From Candidatus Nomurabacteria bacterium (GTDB lineage: Bacteria; Patescibacteriota; Minisyncoccia; Phycocordibacterales; UBA9973), in contig CALRAE010000001.1 in the NCBI GenBank assembly GCA_943350445.1, positions 29,561 through 93,560 on the forward strand: a stretch of DNA of 64,000 nt, read 5' to 3'. The position numbers and the translations under genes are program-made. The notes beneath the pieces are model-generated. The model saw only the letters and a list, made by a program, of their open reading frames with translations. It was not told the origin of the DNA and did not search any database. Numbering within the stretch: position 1 is the stretch's first letter; every line of letters starts with the position of its first letter. Below, piece after piece: positions 57,174 to 64,000 of the stretch.

Positions 57174-57293
57174 GCTTTTCCTGCAGAGATTTTACGGTAT
57201 TTGGGGCTAAACGTCGTATGCTGGCCTTTCCAACGTCGGAGTTATACACATTATGCTTTTGTTATCTATTGTTTTGTAATATAATAAGGTACA

Positions 57294-57890
57294 ATGGAGC
57301 AGAATTTTCAAACATCATTCATTCCCAAAAAACCTATGGTGGAAGAGCGCGTGGCTGTCGTGCGCTCCGTAAGCCTATTTTCGATTCTTAGTATTTTTAT
57401 TTTATTTACTGTTATCTTATCGACGGGTGGTCTTTATTTGTACAAAGATAATATTGCAAAAAATATTACTCAAAAAGAAAATGAGTTAAATTTAGCAAAG
57501 AATCGTTTTGAACCCTCTAAAATAAAAGAGCTTCAAGTTTTAGACAAAAGATTGCGAGCTTCAACAGAGATTTTATATAATCATGTGGCCATCACGCCCA
57601 TTTTTAAAGCATTACAGGCTATGACTATGAAGACTGTTCGTTATACTAAATTTGGCTATACTCTAGGAAATGAGAAAAGTGTAAAAGTTGTTATAAAGAT
57701 GAGTGGCTTGGCAGTCGGATACCGTTCTATTGCCTTACAGTCAGATCTTTTTGCAAAAGATAAGAACTTAATCGAGCCAATATTTTCCAACCTTACTCTT
57801 GATGAAAAAGGTAATGTTCTTTTCGAGTTAGAATTTTCGGTCGATCCATCATTTGTTAATTATAAGCAGACACTTTTAACACAAAATTAA
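57294..57890 (+). CDS. pilN: PilN-like pilus assembly protein
   Basis: 198 aa; N-terminal TM then coiled coil; position after pilM. Confidence 0.5.
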   Translation: MEQNFQTSFIPKKPMVEERVAVVRSVSLFSILSIFILFTVILSTGGLYLYKDNIAKNITQKENELNLAKNRFEPSKIKELQVLDKRLRASTEILYNHVAITPIFKALQAMTMKTVRYTKFGYTLGNEKSVKVVIKMSGLAVGYRSIALQSDLFAKDKNLIEPIFSNLTLDEKGNVLFELEFSVDPSFVNYKQTLLTQN

Positions 57891-57894
57891 TTTT

Positions 57895-58494
57895 ATGATG
57901 AGATTCGTAATACCGGCAATTTTAATAGGAATAAGCTTCACTCTTTTTTTTGTATTTACTAATCCAATGTACACCAGCGTCGGTTTACAGCAAGCCCAAC
58001 TCAGGTCTTACAATGAAGCTCTTGATAATTCTAAAAAGCTTGAGAATAAGCGTGATTTACTGACTGCTAAAGCAAATTCTATTGATCGCAATGACTTAAT
58101 GAACTTAGGCAAACTCTTACCTAATAACATTGACAATATACGTTTGATTCTTGAGATAGGGCAGATCGCTTTACCTTATGGTATGGTCTTAAAAGATGTT
58201 AAATATAGTTCAACTGACGTTGATACTTCAAAGCCTGCCGCCCTTGGTATTCAAGGAGGTGTTGTGGCCAAGACCCCAAGTAAGGAATACGGTATTTGGG
58301 ATCTAGAGTTTTCGACAGTGGGTAGTTATGATAATTTTCTTAATTTTACAAAAGATCTAGAGAATAATCTTCGCATTGTAGACATATCTTCTATTTCTTT
58401 CGCTTCAGATGTGAATAGTGGACCTTCGGCTGGTACTTCTGCCGCATCTTATACTTACAATTTCAAGATTAAAACTTATTGGCTGAAGAATTAA
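57895..58494 (+). CDS. pilO: PilO-like pilus assembly protein
   Basis: 199 aa; N-terminal TM plus periplasmic domain; operon position. Confidence 0.45.
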   Translation: MMRFVIPAILIGISFTLFFVFTNPMYTSVGLQQAQLRSYNEALDNSKKLENKRDLLTAKANSIDRNDLMNLGKLLPNNIDNIRLILEIGQIALPYGMVLKDVKYSSTDVDTSKPAALGIQGGVVAKTPSKEYGIWDLEFSTVGSYDNFLNFTKDLENNLRIVDISSISFASDVNSGPSAGTSAASYTYNFKIKTYWLKN

Positions 58495-58502
58495 AATAAA
58501 AA

Positions 58503-58892
58503 ATGTCAAAAATAAAGAACATAATAGTATTGGTTGTAGTTGGAGCAATTCTTGTTGCTGTCTATTTTTTATATATAAAGAAAGATCCTTCTGAATCAGC
58601 CAACTTAATCTCTTCTTCTTTAGATCCCACAGCCTCAAATGGTGTGGTGGGCGCTACTATTACTTCAATCAGTCAAGATTTCCTCACATTACTTTTAGGT
58701 GTTAAAGATATAAATTTAGTTGACTCAATTTTCGCTGATACTGCATTTACTAGCTTGGATGGTTCTCATAGTATTTTACTTACACCAGATGGAACTGAGG
58801 GTAGATTAAACCCTTTTGCGCCACTTGGAACTGATGCTACTGTTCCACCAATCACCCCTACAACATCACCACTAACACCTTCTACGAATTAA
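58503..58892 (+). CDS. small membrane-anchored pilus operon protein (PilP-like?)
   Basis: 129 aa; TM helix then Ser/Thr/Pro-rich tail. Confidence 0.25.
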   Translation: MSKIKNIIVLVVVGAILVAVYFLYIKKDPSESANLISSSLDPTASNGVVGATITSISQDFLTLLLGVKDINLVDSIFADTAFTSLDGSHSILLTPDGTEGRLNPFAPLGTDATVPPITPTTSPLTPSTN

Positions 58893-58899
58893 TTAAATT

Positions 58900-60639
58900 A
58901 TGAGTTTTTTAGAAGAGCTAGCTAAAGAAGGTACTATACAGAAAAGCCAAATAGGCGAAATAAAAAATCGTGCGGAAGAGAAGTTTAATGGTGATACTGA
59001 TCAAGCTTTGATTGAAGCTGGCATAGGTGAAGAAAAAATTCTCGAAATAAAAGGTAAATATCTAAAAATGCCCACAAAAAAAGTGGATATACAGCACATG
59101 TCTTTTGATGCTTTGAAGTACATATCAGAAGATTCAGCGACACATTATCATTTCGCTCCGATTCAATTAACTGATGGCGTGCTTGAAGTTGGAGTTACAA
59201 ATGGAGAAGATGTACAGGCGCTTGATGCTTTGCAATTTATTTCTGCCAAGCTCGGTGTACCATTTAAAATTTACCTTATTTCTAAAAGTGACTATTTGGG
59301 CATAATTGAGGCTTATAAAGGTCTTGGAAGTCAGGTGGATGAAGCACTTTCTGAGCTTGATCAAGATGGTGCGAAAGGTATCAGTGAAGAGAACCTAAGT
59401 AAAGAAATAAAAGAAGTAAAAGGAGGAGAAGAAGCAAAGATCGTCGAAGATGCACCAGTGATAAAGATTGTCGCTGTGATACTTCGTAATGCTCTAGAGG
59501 GTGGTGCTTCTGATATACACATAGAGTTTACTGGAGAAAAGGTGAAAGTACGTTTTCGTGTGGACGGTGTGTTGCATACTAGTATTGTGTTGCCATCAAA
59601 TATCTATAGCGGTATTGTGGCTCGTATAAAAATATTGGCAAAATTACGTCTTGATGAAAAGAGAAAGCCTCAAGATGGGAGTTTTAGTGCTAACATCGAT
59701 AGACGTAAGGTCGATTTTCGTGTCTCCACAATGCCCGCATATTATGGTGAGAAAATTGTCATGCGTATACTAGATGCCGAAAAAGGGGTTAAACCTTTAG
59801 ACCAACTAGGTCTTTCAGAGGTAAATCTGAATATGATCCGAGAAGCTATCAAGAGACCTTATGGACTTATTTTAATTACTGGTCCGACTGGTTCTGGAAA
59901 GTCTACGACTCTATACTCAATGATGAATGAGCTTGATAGGGAAAAAAGCAACATAGTTTCCTTGGAGGATCCAGTGGAATATCATATGCCCGACATCAAC
60001 CAGTCTCAGATGATGCCTGAGATAGGATATACTTTTGCTTCTGGCCTTCGCTCTATTCTTCGTCAGGATCCAGACATAATAATGGTGGGAGAGATACGTG
60101 ACAAGGAAACAGCTCAGCTCGCTATTCAGGCAGCCTTGACTGGACATCTTGTTATTTCTACACTTCACACTAATACCGCGATCGGTGCGGTTCCTCGTCT
60201 AGTAGATATGGGTGTTGATCCGTACTTGATTGCACCGACACTTATTTTGGCCGTTGCTCAACGTCTCGCGCGTATGACTTGTCCAAGTTCCAAAAAACTT
60301 GTGCCAATAGATGAAAGTATAAAAATGCAAATAGAAGAACAAATGAAAGATTTGCCTCCAGAATTTAAAAAAGAAATCGGGGCTAAAGGACAAATGTATG
60401 ATACTGTGCCATCAAGCGAATGTCCTTCTGGTACGCGTGGGCGCATCGCTATTTTCGAGATGTTTAAAATAGATAAGGAAATTCAGAATGTCATATTGAA
60501 AAGTCCAACCAATGGAGAAATATACAAAGTAGCCCGCAAGCATGGTATGCTAATGATGAAGGAAGATGCGATGCTTAAGTCGGTAGAGGGACTGATTCCT
60601 TTTTCAGAAATATATAATTTTAGTAACGAAAACGAATAA
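58900..60639 (+). CDS. pilB: type IV pilus assembly ATPase PilB (GspE family)
   Basis: 579 aa; Walker A GPTGSGKSTT, Asp/His boxes, tetracysteine motif. Confidence 0.9.
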   Translation: MSFLEELAKEGTIQKSQIGEIKNRAEEKFNGDTDQALIEAGIGEEKILEIKGKYLKMPTKKVDIQHMSFDALKYISEDSATHYHFAPIQLTDGVLEVGVTNGEDVQALDALQFISAKLGVPFKIYLISKSDYLGIIEAYKGLGSQVDEALSELDQDGAKGISEENLSKEIKEVKGGEEAKIVEDAPVIKIVAVILRNALEGGASDIHIEFTGEKVKVRFRVDGVLHTSIVLPSNIYSGIVARIKILAKLRLDEKRKPQDGSFSANIDRRKVDFRVSTMPAYYGEKIVMRILDAEKGVKPLDQLGLSEVNLNMIREAIKRPYGLILITGPTGSGKSTTLYSMMNELDREKSNIVSLEDPVEYHMPDINQSQMMPEIGYTFASGLRSILRQDPDIIMVGEIRDKETAQLAIQAALTGHLVISTLHTNTAIGAVPRLVDMGVDPYLIAPTLILAVAQRLARMTCPSSKKLVPIDESIKMQIEEQMKDLPPEFKKEIGAKGQMYDTVPSSECPSGTRGRIAIFEMFKIDKEIQNVILKSPTNGEIYKVARKHGMLMMKEDAMLKSVEGLIPFSEIYNFSNENE

Positions 60640-60719
60640 ATTGAGTTATGCACACAAGTGTTCAATTTTACATAGTTGTATAGTATAATAAAGTATTGCT
60701 TAAAAATTAATGAAAATAT

Positions 60720-61121
60720 ATGGAAGGTGAAAAAAGTAAAATTTTAATAGTTGATGACGACAGCTTTCTGTTGGATATGTATGCTCTAAAGTTTAGCCAG
60801 AACAATTTTGAAGTTCACACTGCAAATGGTGGCGTTCAAGCGATCGAGAAATTAAAAGGTGGCCTAGCTCCTGATATTATGTTGATGGACGTTATTATGC
60901 CGGAGATGGATGGTTTTGAGATGTTGCAAAAGATAAATTCTGAAAAATTGTCTCCAAATTCTATTAAAATTGTATTATCTAATAAAAGTCAGCAGTCTGA
61001 TATCGATGAAGGGAATAGATTAGGGGTGTCTGGTTACATAGTAAAGGCAAATTCCACTCCAGTGGAAGTTATAAATCAAGTGGTAAGTATTTTGAGCAAA
61101 AAAGGAGCAGCTCTAAAATAA
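60720..61121 (+). CDS. single-domain response regulator (CheY/PilH-like)
   Basis: 133 aa; REC with DD...MLMDVIMPEMDG...K. Confidence 0.8.
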   Translation: MEGEKSKILIVDDDSFLLDMYALKFSQNNFEVHTANGGVQAIEKLKGGLAPDIMLMDVIMPEMDGFEMLQKINSEKLSPNSIKIVLSNKSQQSDIDEGNRLGVSGYIVKANSTPVEVINQVVSILSKKGAALK

Positions 61122-61125
61122 AATC

Positions 61126-62184
61126 ATGGATTATAAAGCAAAAATTGAAGAATTAATTCTGACCATAATTCGTGAGGGTGGGTCTGACCTGCATTTGGGA
61201 AGTGGTCGTGTGCCAGCTGTCCGTATAGCTGGAGAGTTGATATTTCTTGTAAAATATCCAGTTTTTACTAATGAAGATATGCTGGGAATGTTGAGTGAGG
61301 TGATGCCAAAGGTAAAAATCGAGCAATTTATGGAAACCCAAGAAGCTGATTTTTCTTTTGATTTCCATAATGATGCACGATTGCGCGGTAATGCTTTTTT
61401 TCAAAAAGGTCTGATATGTATTGTTTTTAGATTAGTACCAAAGGTAAAGACGATCGCAGAATTACATTTACCTCAAATTATCGCAGATCTTGCTCGTAAG
61501 AAACAAGGATTTTTTCTCGTGGTTGGTCCAGCCGGTCAAGGTAAGTCTACTACTTTGTCTGCCATGGTTGACTTGATCAATAATGAACAAGCTCGTAATA
61601 TTATAACTATAGAAGACCCTATCGAGCATATATATATACCAAACAAATCTATAATCAATCAGCGTGAAGTAGGTATAGATACCAAGGATTTCCACGTGGC
61701 CTTGAAGTCAGTCTTTCGTGAAGATGTGAATGTGATCATGGTGGGGGAGATGCGTACACCAGAGACTATTTCTACAGCAGTTACTGCAGCAGAGACAGGG
61801 CACCTTGTACTTTCTACTTTACATACCAACAACGCTTCTCAGACCATAGACAGAATCATTGATTCTTTTCCTGGCAATCAGCAAGATCAGATTCGCACCC
61901 AACTCGCAGCTTCACTTCTTGGTATCTTGTCTCAAAGATTGATTCCAAGGATTACAGGTGGACTTGTGCCTGCATATGAGCTTCTTTTGAACAATAATGC
62001 AGTGGCAAACTTGATTCGTGAAAAGCGTACACATGAGATAGATGTAGTAATAGAGACGGGGATGGAATCTGGGATGATAGATTTAAACCATTCACTTCTA
62101 GAGCTCGTACGTGCTGGAGAGATATCTATCGAGACGGCACATACATTTTCACTCAATCCAAAAGGTTTAGAGCGTATGATGTAA
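61126..62184 (+). CDS. pilT: twitching motility ATPase PilT
   Basis: 352 aa; Walker A GPAGQGKSTT, no N-terminal GspE domain. Confidence 0.9.
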   Translation: MDYKAKIEELILTIIREGGSDLHLGSGRVPAVRIAGELIFLVKYPVFTNEDMLGMLSEVMPKVKIEQFMETQEADFSFDFHNDARLRGNAFFQKGLICIVFRLVPKVKTIAELHLPQIIADLARKKQGFFLVVGPAGQGKSTTLSAMVDLINNEQARNIITIEDPIEHIYIPNKSIINQREVGIDTKDFHVALKSVFREDVNVIMVGEMRTPETISTAVTAAETGHLVLSTLHTNNASQTIDRIIDSFPGNQQDQIRTQLAASLLGILSQRLIPRITGGLVPAYELLLNNNAVANLIREKRTHEIDVVIETGMESGMIDLNHSLLELVRAGEISIETAHTFSLNPKGLERMM

Positions 62185-62190
62185 AAAAAT

Positions 62191-63399
62191 ATGCTATTTA
62201 AATATAAAGCAATAGATGTAGAAGGTGTAAATAAAGAAGGAGAAATAGACGCGCCCAGTAGAGATTCAGCCATAAGCGGTCTTCAAAGGAGGGGGCTCGT
62301 GATCATCTCTATCAATGAAGAAGGGGCCAAGAAGTCCGTTTTTGATGTTACTTTTTTTGAAAAAGTTTCCAATAAAGACGTTGTGATACTTTCTCGCCAG
62401 ATCGCGACCCTTTTCGAAGCCCAAGTCTCTGCTCTCAAGGCTTTTACAATGCTGGCATCCAATACGGAAAATAAACTTTTAGGTAGAAAGTTGACTACTA
62501 TCGGGGACGATCTCCAGGCTGGAGTTTCTATCTCTGGAGCTCTCGCCAAGCACCCAGATGTCTTTTCAGATTTCTATATAAACATGGTGAAAGTGGGTGA
62601 GGAGACTGGTAAACTCAATCAAACCTTCCTGCATTTGGCGGAATACTTAGACCGCCAATATGCCCTGACTTCTAAGACTAGAAATGCCCTCATTTATCCA
62701 GCTTTTGTTGTCGTGACTTTTTTTGTGGTTATGACTCTGATGTTTGTTGTAGTGATTCCAAAACTTTCTTCTATTATCTTAGACTCTGGTCAAGAAGTAC
62801 CCGTCTATACTAAAATAGTTATTGCCATTTCAGACCTTTTCGTTAATTATGGGTTCTTCATCTTGATTTTCTTGGTTTTGCTTGGTATTTGGGTTTGGAG
62901 GCTTTCTACTACTGACAAAGGCAAGCAATACCTTGATACGTTGAAGCTCTCTACGCCTGCAGTAGGTAATCTATATAAGAAGCTTTTCCTTTCTAGAATC
63001 ACAGACAATTTAAATACAATGCTTATTTCGGGTGTTCCTATCGTCAGGTCTATAGATATTACAGCTGAAGTCGTCGGTAGTCGTGTTTATAAAGAATTAT
63101 TGGCTGAAGTAGCTAATGGTGTAAAGTCTGGTCTTGCATTATCAGTCGCTTTTGCTAAACATGATAAATACATACCTGGAATCCTCATGCAAATGGTGCA
63201 GGTGGGTGAGGAGACGGGTTCACTCGGTTCTATTTTGAAAACTTTGACTGATTTCTATAAACGCGAGGTGGATGATGCGATAGACACGCTTGTGGGGCTC
63301 ATAGAGCCTGTGATGATTGTAGTGCTCGGTCTAGGTGTCGGTGTGCTTCTTGTGTCTGTACTTATGCCTATTTACAATCTTGCAGGGGGGATTAGCTAA
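62191..63399 (+). CDS. pilC: type IV pilus platform protein PilC (GspF family)
   Basis: 402 aa; two GspF repeats, 3 TM. Confidence 0.9.
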   Translation: MLFKYKAIDVEGVNKEGEIDAPSRDSAISGLQRRGLVIISINEEGAKKSVFDVTFFEKVSNKDVVILSRQIATLFEAQVSALKAFTMLASNTENKLLGRKLTTIGDDLQAGVSISGALAKHPDVFSDFYINMVKVGEETGKLNQTFLHLAEYLDRQYALTSKTRNALIYPAFVVVTFFVVMTLMFVVVIPKLSSIILDSGQEVPVYTKIVIAISDLFVNYGFFILIFLVLLGIWVWRLSTTDKGKQYLDTLKLSTPAVGNLYKKLFLSRITDNLNTMLISGVPIVRSIDITAEVVGSRVYKELLAEVANGVKSGLALSVAFAKHDKYIPGILMQMVQVGEETGSLGSILKTLTDFYKREVDDAIDTLVGLIEPVMIVVLGLGVGVLLVSVLMPIYNLAGGIS

Positions 63400-63546
63400 A
63401 ATATGGGTGTGGATAACTCTCTTGCACAAATGCCTTTTTGTATATGATATAATTTAGGTATTAAAAAATAAGTCGAAATTTCAGCCTTATCGGCTGACTC
63501 GCCGATTGGGTGAGATTATTAATTGTTGTTAAATAAAAAATATATT

Positions 63547-63918
63547 ATGAAGAAAATGAATTTTAAGAAAGGTTTTACATTGATCGAACTTTTGGTGGTT
63601 GTCGCTATTATCGGCATCTTGGCTTCAGTTGTGTTGGCTAGTTTGAATACAGCAAGAACAAAGGGTCAAGCTGCAGCTTTTAAGGCTGAGATGTCTAGCT
63701 TGCGTACAAATATAACTCTCCTTTGTGATGGTTGGACTACTGGAGCTACGCAACCTACATTTCCTGGAGGAAGTACTTTTGCTGCTCCTACTGGTGTTAT
63801 ATGTACTGGTAGTGGTGCAGGAACTGCCACTATTACACCCGCTACTGGTAAAGGAGGCGCTTGTACATCAGCAATTGTAAATGAAACTTCAGTCACACTT
63901 GCTCCTATCAATTGTTAG
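63547..63918 (+). CDS. type IV pilin (major pilin candidate)
   Basis: MKKMNFKKGFTLIELLVVVAIIGILASVVL class III signal peptide; Thr/Gly/Ala-rich C-terminal domain with Cys pair. Confidence 0.8.
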   Translation: MKKMNFKKGFTLIELLVVVAIIGILASVVLASLNTARTKGQAAAFKAEMSSLRTNITLLCDGWTTGATQPTFPGGSTFAAPTGVICTGSGAGTATITPATGKGGACTSAIVNETSVTLAPINC

Positions 63919-63945
63919 TTAATTTGTGACTATTTTTGGGGAAAC

Positions 63946-63976
63946 AAAAACCACCCTTTGGGTGGTTTTTGTTTTT
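63946..63976 (+). terminator. intrinsic terminator after the pilin gene
   Basis: AAAAACCACCC-ttt-GGGTGGTTTTT then GTTTTT. Confidence 0.6.
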
Positions 63977-64000
63977 AATGTTTGGTATAATAAACGGATT

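Noticed and set aside
1-64000. Searched for CRISPR arrays, rRNA genes, transposases/integrases and tmRNA
   Set aside because: No regularly spaced direct repeats, no 16S/23S/5S-like sequence, no DDE/tyrosine-recombinase-like ORFs and no tmRNA-like 3' end (..UCCACCA) were recognised by eye.

Overview
Low-GC (~38-40%) bacterial chromosome segment that uses the standard genetic code, since conserved genes terminate at TGA, TAA and TAG. Gene content and organisation look like a reduced-genome Patescibacteria/CPR-type organism; this is inference, based on ribosomal protein L30 being absent between rpsE and rplO, an archaeal-type UMP kinase, abundant type IV pilus genes and many small hypothetical membrane proteins. 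Backbone, in order: MazG-like gene; thyA-folA (minus strand); DEAD-box helicase; rpmB; M50-like protease; the str operon (rpsL-rpsG-fusA-tuf); the S10/spc ribosomal operons (rpsJ through rplO) followed by secY-adk-pyrH-map; a large soluble TraD/VirD4-like ATPase; ndk; a candidate structured RNA; a beta-CASP RNase; infC-rpmI-rplT (minus strand); smpB; ftsH; tRNA-Ile; a putative metal-handling cluster; recG; a divergent pair of long-arm tRNAs; a FIST/histidine kinase/double-receiver operon; an ATP-grasp ligase; an envelope glycolipid cluster; comF; and a complete type IV pilus operon (pilM/N/O-pilB-REC-pilT-pilC-pilin). The ribosomal superoperon is interrupted at four points. (1) A ParD/RelE-like toxin-antitoxin pair and a membrane protein sit between rpsG and fusA. 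(2) A 461-aa hypothetical gene between fusA and tuf is flanked by ~65-bp direct repeats of the fusA 3' end. (3) An antisense NUDIX gene and a tiny basic ORF with a strong terminator sit between rplB and rpsS. (4) A pilin cassette between rplE and rpsZ carries two tandem paralogous two-gene modules and a ~600-bp high-GC fragment encoding a beta-propeller (SBBP-like) repeat remnant. Several short dispersed repeats and candidate RNA elements are also present. No rRNA genes, CRISPR arrays, transposases or integrases were recognised.
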